DNA from: a virus
Virus record (IMG/VR): IMGVR_UViG_3300025128_007994
Direction: 5' to 3' (one strand)
Length of the DNA: 64,000 bases
Every line of letters starts with the position of its first letter. Positions within the stretch are counted from its first letter, which is position 1. The notes under the pieces were generated by a model, which was given only the letters and a program-made list of their open reading frames with translations, searched no databases and was not told where the DNA came from. Both the position numbers and the translations under genes were made by a program. This document shows, one piece after another, positions 45,802 through 58,200 of this stretch.

Positions 45802-47598
45802 ATGCCTAAAGACGAAAAAAAACTGCTCCCAATAGATTATACTCATCGCGAGTTTGAAACAATCCAACAAGATCTGTTAGAAATCGCAGAAAGATTCTAT
45901 CCAGATTCGTTCCAGGATTTTAGCGAAGCTTCTTTCGGTGCTCTCATGATAGACGCAGTTTCTTATGTCGGTGATCAACTGTCATTTTATCTAGATTACA
46001 ACGTTAATGAATCGTTTCTAGACACCGCCTATCAGTATAGCAATGTTGTGCGACACGGCCGTGTGCTAGGTTACAAAACACAAGGGCGCCCATCAACGTA
46101 CGGTTCTGTAGCCATGTTCCTTCTTGTTCCAGCTTCAACTACAGGTATCGGCCCAGACACTGACTATATACCAGTTCTTAAACGAGGAACAACTTTCGGT
46201 TCAGGTGTCGGCCTAAGCTATGTCCTGACAGAGAATGTAGATTTTGCTAGCCCAGCAAACACGTTTGTAGCCGCCCGTGTGGACCCCACAACCGGCGCGC
46301 CTACCCATTACGCCATCAAGGCCTATGGGAACGTTGTATCGGGCCAGTTCGGCCAGGAACGGGTACCGGTGGGTGCCTTTGAAAGATTCAGAACAGTGTC
46401 CCTTGATGCACAGAACGTTTCAGAAATCATTTCTGTATTTGATACAGAAGGTAATGAGTATTTTGAAGTCGATTATCTAGTACAAGACACAGTGTTTAAA
46501 GAAGTCACCAACTCTAATTTTAAAAACGACAATGTTCCATCAATCATAAAACCGACCCTGGTCTCAAGAAAGTTTGTAACGCAGTTTAGTCGAAACGAAA
46601 TCACGCTACAGTTTGGCAGTGGAAAAATGAGCAATTCTGATGTGGTAGCAAATCCGCAGAATGTTGCAGTTGACGTTTTTGGAAAAACTTATACAACAAC
46701 CGTAACCTTTGATCCGAGTCGCTTGTCAGAAAATGAAAGCTTCGGCATTGTCCCAACCAACACCACCTTGATAATTACTTATCGAACCACAAACGGAACA
46801 AACTCTAATGTTGCAGTCGGATCTTTGAACTCAGTCAACTCCGCCGTACTGGAATTTGAAAACAGACAAAACTTATCAGGTGACAAAGTTGCTGCCGTTC
46901 GCGCCTCAATAGAGGTTTCTAATGAGGAACCAATCGTAGGAAATGTTAGTTATCCATCGACAACAGAGATAAAGCAAAGAGTGTACGACACCTTTCCTAC
47001 TCAAAACCGTGCAGTCACACAGACTGATTATGAAAATATAGCTTACCGCATGCATCCAAAGTTTGGTTCTATCAAGAGAGTGTCAGTCCAGAAGGATCCA
47101 GATTCACAAAAAAGAAACTTAAATATGTACGTTATTTCGGAAGATACGGCCGGCAAACTAACCGCAAGTAACTCAACAATAAAAAACAACTTAAAAACTT
47201 GGATTAATCAGTATAGAATGATTAATGATACTGTTGACATACTAGATCCTTTTATCCTTAATTTTGGATTAGAGTTTATAGCGAAGCCGCAGAATATGGC
47301 AGATAAATATATTGTTTTAGATCGTTGTATCGACGCGCTAAAGAAACATTTTGAACAGCCATTCTTTATTGGAGAGCCTTTGTACATCAGTGATATTTAT
47401 AAAGTCCTCAAGGACGTTACTGGCGTGTTAGATGTTACCAAGGTAAAGATATTCATCAAGAGTGGCGCAGGGTATTCCAATGCGGCAATCCACGTTAATG
47501 AGAATCTTTCAGGTGACGGCTCGTACCTTGTCGTGCCAAACAACGCTATCTTAGAGCTTAAGTACCCAGATGTTGATATGACAGGAATAATTAGATAA
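45802..47598 (+). CDS. Baseplate wedge protein, gp6/baseplate-J-like
   Basis: IDYTHREFETI, YVGDQLSFYLDY..NESFLDTA, LQFGSG, ITYRTTNG and RAVTQTDYE. Confidence 0.88.
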   Translation: MPKDEKKLLPIDYTHREFETIQQDLLEIAERFYPDSFQDFSEASFGALMIDAVSYVGDQLSFYLDYNVNESFLDTAYQYSNVVRHGRVLGYKTQGRPSTYGSVAMFLLVPASTTGIGPDTDYIPVLKRGTTFGSGVGLSYVLTENVDFASPANTFVAARVDPTTGAPTHYAIKAYGNVVSGQFGQERVPVGAFERFRTVSLDAQNVSEIISVFDTEGNEYFEVDYLVQDTVFKEVTNSNFKNDNVPSIIKPTLVSRKFVTQFSRNEITLQFGSGKMSNSDVVANPQNVAVDVFGKTYTTTVTFDPSRLSENESFGIVPTNTTLIITYRTTNGTNSNVAVGSLNSVNSAVLEFENRQNLSGDKVAAVRASIEVSNEEPIVGNVSYPSTTEIKQRVYDTFPTQNRAVTQTDYENIAYRMHPKFGSIKRVSVQKDPDSQKRNLNMYVISEDTAGKLTASNSTIKNNLKTWINQYRMINDTVDILDPFILNFGLEFIAKPQNMADKYIVLDRCIDALKKHFEQPFFIGEPLYISDIYKVLKDVTGVLDVTKVKIFIKSGAGYSNAAIHVNENLSGDGSYLVVPNNAILELKYPDVDMTGIIR

Positions 47599-49205
47599 TG
47601 GCAATTCTTAAATACACAGCCAGCGCTGACAATACTATTGTTAACGCTTTTCAACCAAATTTATCAACCCGAGGAACCGGCTCCAACGCCGGCGCCGCCG
47701 ACGTGCTCGAAACGTTCTCAATATACGGTCGCGCCCTCACTCCGACTGCATCGAATACAAGCGGATCTCAAGAACTGTCACGAATACTATTACAGTTCCC
47801 GATAACTGATATTACAGCCGATCGGACTGCTGGCCGAGTACCTGCTAGCGGATCAGTAAACTTTTATTTAAAAGTCTACAATGCTGAGACTTCAAAAACA
47901 GTCCCGCGGGATTTTGCTTTGGAAGTTTTACCGATTGCGCAAACTTGGCAAGAGGGGACCGGCCTTGACCTTGAAAATTACAAGGATCTTACTAAAGGCA
48001 ACATTGGCTCTAACTGGTTATACGCGACGAAAACGACACTCTGGACTCGCGCCGATAGCGAAACAACGGTTGGTGGCGCCTATCTTACTGGTGCTAGCGA
48101 CCCTCACTTCAAACAGACTTTTGAATCCGGCCTTGAAGATTTAGAAATAGATATTTCGCCCTTAGTGGAGCATTGGATTGCCGGCACTAAAGCGAACTAC
48201 GGTGTTGGTATTATGCTTTCTTCGTCATACGAGGCTTACTACTCATCTTCCAATAACACCTCCCTGGTACAGACACCATATACAGGAAGTATAATCAATA
48301 ATACCGGTGGAGCTACAGACTCATATTACACAAAAAGATTCTTTGGCCGCGGCACACAATTTTTCTTTAAGAAGCCGACAATAGAAGCCCGGTGGGACTC
48401 CTCCAAGAGGGATGACAGAGGCGACTTCTACTTCAGCAGTTCCTTAGCTCCGGGCGTTGACAACTTAAACACTTTGTACCTCTATAATTATATCAGAGGG
48501 CGCCTGCGAAACATTCCTGCAATTGGTTCGACTGGTTCAATAATGGTTAGCTTGTATTCTGGTTCCTCGACCAACTATGCGGCGTCTGGTTCTAAACTTA
48601 TTTTATATGATGGACATACGGCTGTGACCGGTGGGTACGTATCAACCGGAATATATTCCGCATCTATCGCTGTTACCGGTGCCATCTCTGATATTTCTAC
48701 CTTGTATGATGTTTGGTGGAGCGGTTCTGGCATGGATCCCTCAACCCACAATATAGAATTCTTTACGGGTTCGATTTTAACAAAGGCGTTCGGAGCTACT
48801 ACAGACACTAGAGAACCAGTATATTATATCAATATAACAAATCTTCAAAACAAATATGGGCCAAGGGAAACCGCGCGCTTCAACCTGTACGTTAGAAACA
48901 GAGATTGGAATCCCAATATTTACACCAAAGCGCAGAAAACACCAGAACACTTCCCAGTAGTCAGCGCTTCTTATCGCGTGTTTAGAATTCTTGATGCACT
49001 AGAAGCAGTAGCACACAACACAGGCAGCGATTTCGCAACAGGCCTGTCTTACGATGTATCAGGCAACTACTTTGATTTCAATATGAAACTTCTTGAGCCC
49101 GGCTATGAATATGGATTCAAGTTCTCATTTTACGATGATGAACTGAACTCCTGGCTTGAACAGGATGAGATATTTAAGTTCCGGGTGGTGAATAATGAGT
49201 ATTAA
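47598..49205 (+). CDS. Virion structural protein (DNRLRE-like beta domain, baseplate-associated)
   Basis: ADNTI...SRILLQF and NYGVGIML...KRFF pattern; S/T/G-rich; gene context. Confidence 0.55.
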   Translation: MAILKYTASADNTIVNAFQPNLSTRGTGSNAGAADVLETFSIYGRALTPTASNTSGSQELSRILLQFPITDITADRTAGRVPASGSVNFYLKVYNAETSKTVPRDFALEVLPIAQTWQEGTGLDLENYKDLTKGNIGSNWLYATKTTLWTRADSETTVGGAYLTGASDPHFKQTFESGLEDLEIDISPLVEHWIAGTKANYGVGIMLSSSYEAYYSSSNNTSLVQTPYTGSIINNTGGATDSYYTKRFFGRGTQFFFKKPTIEARWDSSKRDDRGDFYFSSSLAPGVDNLNTLYLYNYIRGRLRNIPAIGSTGSIMVSLYSGSSTNYAASGSKLILYDGHTAVTGGYVSTGIYSASIAVTGAISDISTLYDVWWSGSGMDPSTHNIEFFTGSILTKAFGATTDTREPVYYINITNLQNKYGPRETARFNLYVRNRDWNPNIYTKAQKTPEHFPVVSASYRVFRILDALEAVAHNTGSDFATGLSYDVSGNYFDFNMKLLEPGYEYGFKFSFYDDELNSWLEQDEIFKFRVVNNEY

Positions 49206-52200
49206 AGATTTATTTGGTCGCAATTACTTATCCGACAATAACCAGAAAGATTTAACCGCCGATGTTGAATCCTCAACTAACTTAAAAGCAATCAAGGTCA
49301 AACAAGATTCTTTCTTGCCGCAAGTGGATTATGAAAATCCGCAGACATTTGCTAGATATGGATCCGCTAATCTATATTACAAGAGTGCTATTGACAGAAT
49401 TGTAGATTTCTATCCATTTGATGGGTCGGATGCAGACATAAATGAGTTCTACAACCAGTCCTTGGACATTGAAAAATTTATATTCAATAAAAAATATCCA
49501 CGAACGACCGGATACGCAATCATTTCAGCAGATGGTTGGGGAACCAGTACAAAGATAAATGGCTACGGCATACCCTCTTCGTTAGAATACATCACTTTCA
49601 ACGGCGGACCCAACGTACTAAATCAAACTCAAGACTTAAAAAATCTGGTCCCCGACCCAACAAATAGTAAATTTCAATATAATAATATCTATGATGACAA
49701 TTTGTACACCAACAATGGATACCCATCTGATTATGGGGACGGAACCAGAGAGTCTAACCTTAAAGCAGATTTCGACACAGGTGTTACAATTGAGTTCTGG
49801 GCATTAACAGGCTCCAAGCCATCTACGATCGGCGCCTTGACAGACCGACAAGTTATTTTTGACACGTGGAACAACAATCCTAGCTCCAGTGTGGATTTAT
49901 CATACGGCCGAATCAGGATTGAGCTTAAAGAAGGCTCCGCAAGCGAGAGTCCGTTCTTAATAACTGTCCAATCAGGTACATTAAGTGGGGCTGTCGAGCA
50001 AATCAACACGTCCTCGATTGGTTCAGGAATTGACGGCAGCACACTGGGTGACTGGAAGCACTACGCTTTTGTTCTTCAGAACTCTGGTTCTAGCTTTAAT
50101 GCAAAACTTTATATTAACGGAGAACTTAATGACACCAATACTTATCAGAATTTAGCGGCAACCGCTACAATCGTAATTTCTGATTCTGGTGGCATTGTTA
50201 ACGGAGAAACATTTACATTAGTTGATTCAGCAGGAACCAGCACAGTCTATACAATTAATGGAGGTGTTACTGCCGCCTCTGGTGGTGGCTCTGGTGGTTC
50301 TGCAACGGTTGGGTTCCTTGGTGTCGGCGGAGGGTCCGCAGGAAAAATCGCAGCCGCGTCAGCTATGGTGACTGCTATTGACAACACTACAGATGCCAAC
50401 TATACAGCAGTATCTGATGGAGTTGACACTGTAACAATAACTCAAGGAACGTCAGGTACCGCAGGAAATAGAACAAATGCGGATGCAATTACTTCAACCA
50501 CAGTTTCTAACTTTACAAGTGGTGGTGGCGGAGCCATTGGAGAGTTATCTCCAAAGGGAGCGCAAGGCAGAATTGGCGCACTACTTACTGCCCCAAGCAA
50601 ATTAGCTGTCGGTGGTGTTTTGCCATCTGCGTATGCTGGTGCTGGTAAACTGGACGGCTCTATTGATGAGTTCAGGTTTTGGAAAACTGCACGCAGCGCT
50701 GAAGAAATTGGCCGCTATTGGTTCGACCAAGTCCGCGGCGGAACAAATCTTGACATCGCTAATACAACACTTGGCATGTACTATAAGTTCAACGAAGGCA
50801 TCACACAAACGTCAAGTATTGACAGTGTTGTTCTAGACTATGGCGGCCGACTTTGTAATGGAACATGGACAGGATATTCAGCAAATTCAAGAAATACAGG
50901 CTCTGCCATCGTCTCTGCTAGTGCAAGCGAAGCGGAATACCTTGATCCAATCATATACGCAGTCCATCCAGAGGTTGTGTCACTTAAAGCAGATTTGCGC
51001 GCAACTGGCTTATATCATGACGGCCAAAACACTGGCCAATTTTTAAACCTCATTCCTTCATGGGTTGTCGAAGAAGTAGAAGATGACGGAAATAGTGATC
51101 TTGAACAATTGGCACACATCATGGGCGCCTATTTTGATAAAATGTACTTGCAAATTCAAGCACTTCCATCGTTTAGGCATACCCAGTATACGAGCGCCTC
51201 ACAAGAGCCGCTTCCCTTTGCTCAACATTTACCACAATCACTTGGTCTAATAACACCAGAGATCTTTGTGGATTCAAAAATATTAGAAAAGTTTAAGAAT
51301 AGAACTGAAACCGAGATTTTTGAAAGCGATCTGAATGAAACAAAGAACCTAATATACCAAAATTTATATAACAACTTAACTACAATATTTAAGTCTAAAG
51401 GTACTCTTCGCTCGATTAGGAATGTATTACGTTGCTTCAACATAGATGATAACTTGGTTTATTTTAATGCGTACGCAAACAACCAAACATACGAACTTAA
51501 CAACAACTTAAAGCAAACGCAAAAGAAGCGGAAGATGTTGAATTTCAATACGTCCTCAAATACAACCGCGGTTATGTACCAGGCGGCAGATCCAACATAT
51601 GCTGATTCACTGGGGTATATCTATAATGAGGTAACTCCTGGAGAGCCCTACAAAGATCAGCAACATAAGCACGGCCTTACCTTTGAAACAAGTATCAGGT
51701 TTCCAAAGTTCTTTAGAACCGCAAACACGATGGATAGAAACTTTTTAAGCTCTTCGCTAGCTGGAATGCAGACTGTATTGACTGGAACCTTTGCCGGCAC
51801 CGGATTAAATCGCGCCGATGACACTTCAGATTTGACTGCCTCTCAAGATGTGGCTAACTTCCAGGTGTTCGCAATCCGCGATGAAAGTGACTCCAAAAAT
51901 GTAAGATTCCAACTGTCGTCTTCTTACGAACCTTATCCGTTTTCTTTCGAGCTTACCTCAAGTACCTTCCTTAATGTGTACAATAACCAGGACTGGAACC
52001 TGTCGGTTGCACTGAAACCGTCAAACTATCCAAATTCAGATCTTGTATCAGGTTCGGCTGATTATACTTATGACGTTATTTTCCGCGGATATAATGGCAA
52101 TTTAGGTTCAATCGATAATAGTTTTGAAGTTAGCTCCTCGGTGACAAAAGCAGTAGGACAAGATATAATAGGTACCTGGAAGAGAGTCTATGCCGGCGCC

Positions 52201-55200
52201 CAGAAGACCAACATAACTGGTGCCTTGGTACACCCGACAGACGTTCAAATTAACAGTGTTAGATACTGGACTCAATATCTTGATGGTGTATCCTTAAAGC
52301 AACACGCACTAGATGGCGAAAACTTTGGTATTTCTGGTTCGAACCGATCGGTCTCAGCCTTAGACACAGTGAACGTTGCACCGTACAATTTCAATACACT
52401 TGCGCTAAACTGGTACTTCGGTACGGTTACTGGTTCAGACTCCTCCGGAGAGTTTTATTCTACAGACTTAAGTTCAGGTTCTGCTTTTATTAGGGACAAC
52501 TTTGGCTGGGCCGGCTCCATTGCCGGATATGTATACCCAGGAAAGGCCCATGGCTTCCCTGCTGATAACGAAAACGTTGTTAAAAATGAACTGGTTAATG
52601 AATTTAAGTTTGTTGATCCAGAGATCGTAATCGCATCTGAAATGGTCAATATCTTATCAGAAGATGATGAGCTATTCGGACTATTCGACGAGGTTCCGAA
52701 CTATACATATGTTATTGAAAAGAGTCTATATGCCGCAGTTACAGAAGAAATTCTAGATTACTTCGCTGGAGTCGTCGATTTCAACAGTATTATTGGAGAT
52801 CCGGTTCATCGATACCGGTCTGAGTACAAGCCGCTGGAACTTCTTCGTAAAGTTTTCTTCGAGAGATTCAATAACGTCAAGTCAGTGGAGAAGTTTACCG
52901 AGTATTTCAGATGGTTTGACGATGCAATCGCAAACATAATCCAACAAGTCGTTCCCGCATCTGCTGATTTTGTAGAAGACATGTATAACACGGTGGAAAG
53001 TCACGTACTTGAAAGGAACAAATACCATAGTAAGTTTCCCACACTTGAGTTTAAGTATCCAGAAGCCGCGGGCACCACTCAAGGTGTAGGCGCATTCTTA
53101 CTAACGTACATGACTGACCTATATGGTGGCGTTGAAGCATCTCCGCGACCAACTAACGTACATAAAAACTACTGGAAAAAGCGCGCACAACCGGGCGCCA
53201 AGGGTGTAGGTTCGTATGAGATCTCCTCGGGAGATGCAACCGTCGACGCTCAGAGAAAACAATTTCGCAACATAATGCACAGCAAGCCACAAATAAGTGG
53301 TTCTCAGGTTATTTTGTCGAAGGCTGACGGAACACAGTACGAAAGAAACCATCTTCTATTCACACAGTTTGGAGGTCTTGCAGCTTTGAAAACGCCAACG
53401 ATTAATAGAACAATTAAGGGCGGCGTCAACTTTACTGATAACAAAAATATTCATTACACATATACATCCTTATATCCTGCCGGCCCGGTAAACACATCAG
53501 GTAGTGTGTTTGTCCCAGAGAATGTTTTATTTGGAGATTTAGATCAAGGTGTTGCAAACATCGACTCCAAGGCACAGTGGGACGAAGAAGGCAACGTTTC
53601 TGTAAAAAGAAAAAGACACTTTGGCGTAGTGCAAGGCCGCGATTATGATGGTGGATTAGGCTACACGCACACCAAAAATAGCTATGCCTTTCCATTCAAT
53701 GTTATGAGCGCCTCGATCTCTGGTGGTGTAGACAACTTAATAGCAACCCAGGTATCCTCAAGTTTAACAATTACTAACTTGCACAATGATGCTTACGGCG
53801 ACGAGATGGAAATCCCAATGCAGAGCCCCTTCACAAATCAAACAGTTGGAGGCCATCAATCTCGTCACATAAATCTTAATGCCGGCACAGACACTTATAA
53901 AAACCGTGGAGAAGCATGGCGAATTCTGCTGGGTAAATGCTCGTATAGATCAGGCGCTATAGGAATGGTTGGCCCCGATTATCCATGGCCAGAAGCAAAT
54001 GAAGTAGGTGAGACCCCCTATCCAATGACTGCTTCCAACAAGGCAGTGTACTATCGTGACTTTATTGCTAAGCGTCCGGTAAATATAAGAAATATTAAGA
54101 GCATGGATACAACTCGTGACACCACAGTTTTAGGAAACTATGAACAAGAATATCACGTACTTCATACTTTCGGTGCCTGGGAGAACCCAAGAAACTTTAT
54201 AGTACAACAACCAGTACTGCCAGGCCAGTTGTTTCAGAACAACTCAACCAGTTCAACGCAGACAAGAACAATTTTAGACATCCACAGAACAGAAGAATCA
54301 CACTTCCAGTTCTTAAGTGAATATAGTATAAGCTACTTAACGGCATCAACCACCAGAACCATCATCGATAACAGATTCTCCACAGTCGGTGGACCCCTCA
54401 CAGACGGAACAGGCTATAGAGACTTCCGAGGCAACGAATACTCAGTTTATAACTCTATTAACAACCGCTATCTTACAGTGATTAAACCTTCTCAGGGCCC
54501 CTCAGGCAGCCTTTCGGAGCCAACAGGTAGTGGTACCGCCGGAATACGTGTATTCGACATCCACGGCAAAGACTACGGCCTTTATTCACACTATGCAAGA
54601 CACACTGCAAGGTTCGGCCGAGACTCGCTACACGTAACGGGCACAAGCGCCGCCACTAACGGTCCGGGCGCCTCGTACGATCAGTTACCAGGCTTTCACA
54701 AAATACACAGAAACAATCTTTGTTTCCCTAAACTCTCATCTGTTACTTTTACGGCAAACGATGACCCCCTCAATACCACCAACGACCGCGCAGCATATTG
54801 GTCTGGAACTGCTGACGACACAGTGCTCATTGCCAGTTCATCGCAGACAGCACAGACTTTTGTTTCTGGGGCCCGATCCAATAACGGCTTGTCGTCGACA
54901 GGCTGGATAAGATTTACGCCGACCTCAGAGGCCACCGACAATGTGTGGCTTTGGTCAGTTGGGAGAGCGAATGGCGGTGCTCCTATGTTCTATATGGAAA
55001 AGGGAAAAACCGGAAGCCCGGGCGGTACCGGAGACTGTGAACTACAACAGAACGGCGGAACCGTTCCAGATAATTCTGGCGATGACTATTTGAAGTTTAC
55101 CCTAAGCACTCGTTCGACCGCGGATCCAGTATCAACTGGCACTCGGACTAATATTGAATATCGAACATTCTTGCCCGAAAACAGCAATGTAGATATTAAT

Positions 55201-58200
55201 GATGGAGCTTTTCATCATATAGCACTTGTCATAAGCGGCACAAACGGCTCGCTAGCTAATGATTTGTCGGCAAGCTTCTATGTTGATGGGGTAAAATGCT
55301 TTACTTGTAAAAATGGTACCTCCGGTGTGATTCAAAGTCACTTTGACCAATATGCAAACAACTATGGTAGCACTGGCTTCTTTAGCTATAACGGCGCCGC
55401 CGGCGAAGAGTACGACTTCTCGAATACCGCAAATAATCCACTGGCGCTTCCGTCTTCTTTAACTGGCGCCGGCGCCCCGTATCGAGGAGATGAGTTTTTT
55501 GTTATTGGTGGTGATGCTTCTAGCATTGCCGGAGTAACAAACCCTTTCACCGGGGCCATGGACCAGCTTTCTTTCTGGACGCGTCCCATAACCGATACCG
55601 ATGTACAAGAGTTATATGGTTCTGGTAACCCAATCAACTTGCTGGCCTCCACAACCTATAATTACGACCCTAGCGCATTGCATATGTGGCTACCTCTTGG
55701 AGAGGGCACCAACTCGCTAGACTCAGCGCAAGGTGATGCGCTCTCGTACACAACAGGCGATCCTGCTTTCAACAGCAGCAGCCACGCTATATGGGATGTA
55801 AGTGGTCAACAAAACAATTTCTATGCCATGAATCCGGCACACTCAAAAGCAGATGACGTCATGGTACATTTTGCTACTGGCGCCGCCTCACATGATGCCG
55901 CCGGCGGGTATAACCCAGCCGTCATCGGCGGATATTCTCTCACCTCTGGATTCACCGAAGTATCTACATATTCTTCTGAGCCTCTGTTCGATAACTTTAA
56001 CATCCAACACCAAATACCACGCGATTCTAGACAATACGCTTGGATTAAAAACTCTGTACACTCAACGGCATCGTGGTGGCACTGTGGCTTTACTCCACCC
56101 GACTATTTGATCCGCAGCGGAAGTTCGTATATAGATCCTATCAACTTTGTAAGTGCAAGTGAGGCCGGCTCCGCTGTTACTCCCAGTTTTACACCCGATC
56201 GGGTGCAGTTCGGAGTACGTCAGCCTGAGATAAATGGGAGCACTTTAGTACAATTTTTACCACAAGTATCAAGATTAAATTTAAACATTCACGATCCAAT
56301 ATCTGCATCAACAAATACTCTTGGATACCCAGCTACGGTTCCGCTTGGCAATATTGATGAAGAACAGGAACAATATTATAATATAGCGTACGGTGACGCA
56401 TCTTCCGGAAATACGCAAGCCAGAGTAATAATCTCAGACGTACCATTCGCATTTAACATGCTTATGTTCAAGCGCGGAAATCAATACGGATACCCATCTT
56501 GGAAACAGGTGCGCCAGCAAGACAATCCAATTTTAACGAACGAGCACAAGACCAACAAGCTTTCCACAATGTATCTTGGAAACGTACAGCGCAACTTCGA
56601 CTTGCCCCCTGTTTCAATGAAAGGTCGACCAGCATACGTTAACTTAGATTTTGTCAACTCTTTATCAACTTCAGCCGGCGGCAGAAAAGAACAATTCCAA
56701 AATGTAACTCTTAAAACATCTTACAACAATGAGATGATCGGGTTCAACGAGTGGCAACTCGATAACTTTACTAAGTTAAATTACGACAGCGAAGTTACAC
56801 CGTTTGAACAGTTGGTTGCGATGAAAGACCGGAACAACATCCAGTTGAACTGGCTCCTGTATTCCGAAAATGTTTTCCCATCAACCCGCAGAGAATTCCT
56901 TTCCTCGTCAGTTACACGCGTTGGGTATGACAATCAATTCTGGAGAGACACTCTGGCAAACCGCGTGACTGGCGGTATGGGAGTCCCCAACTCTGTTGGT
57001 GTGGTTAGTTACGCTGATTGGCTGCCCGATGGCTCTCATAACCTTTTCCTTTCGAAGACAAGATTCCTAACACAAAGCATCTTTCCGCTCGACGCACCGT
57101 TTGATTTTGAAACTAGAACTGGGCCACCAAGAATTATTGGCACCGAAGCCACTATCCTCTTCAGCACCAATATGTTTTACACCGGCTCAAGCCTGATAGG
57201 ATCAAACTCCGCTGGAGAACTTCAAAACACTTATACATTCTATCACTTTAGTAGGCCGGCCTTGGGCGGCACTTACGTCGGCGTCGAACAATACGATGCC
57301 CTTACAATTCCCTTGTGCATTAGAAACGGCGGCCTGTATTCTCGCAAGCACATGCTCAACTCCCCACTGTCCACCAATAGCCCAAGTTCGGTCCAGATGG
57401 CTCTTCGTGCTCCGTATCTTGGTCAGACAAACAATGGAGTTGTCCTCACTAAGGACATCATGGCTCAAGGAATCGATACAAACAACATTGCGCTTGGTTT
57501 ACATAATATAGAAACTGGTTCAGGCGAGGCAAAATGGGAAGCCCCCGAACAAGCCGGCTATTTCACATCATCCAATGGAGTCCTCAGCTTTGTCTCTGCA
57601 TCTTCTAAGCCTTGGTATAACGATTATGATGATTTCCGACAAGACATCAAGACAATCGCGAAAGGATACGCAGTGGTACCAGAATTTAGAATCTCTGATC
57701 AAATGGAAAACTATGCTAAAGTCGGTGTTCTTGGCGGAGAAAACTTCGACACATTCAAGATACCTGGCACTGCACTGAGTAGCTCACAGGATACCTTCTA
57801 TAAAGACTATTCAAACTCTGACTTCCTTAGGCACTTTGCCGATGTTAAACAAATGTCTGAACTGGATGCTAAAGAGATTAAGCTGACATGCCACGCGGCA
57901 ATCAAGTTTAATCCGTATAAGGGTTTCTATCCTGCGCAACGTTCACTCGATCTAGTCAGTCAGTTTTCAAAATCATTTGCTGACGGCCTTACTATAACAA
58001 CAGTGAACACTGATGCTAAAACAAAAGCCGATGTAGTCGGCTCCACCCAGGGTTCGTTCCTATCGCAATATGGCTATGCTCGCCCGGTGATGCAGCCGTT
58101 ATTTGCGCCTGGTATCCTGTATAATTCAATTAAATCAGGCATGGCTGTCGACTATCCAATTCTTACCAATGGTTACAAGTTTAGATCCTGTCATATCACT

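Noticed and set aside
50281-50340. GGT/GGC-rich low-complexity stretch as a DNA repeat element
   Set aside because: It is explained by Gly/Ser linker codons in the protein.
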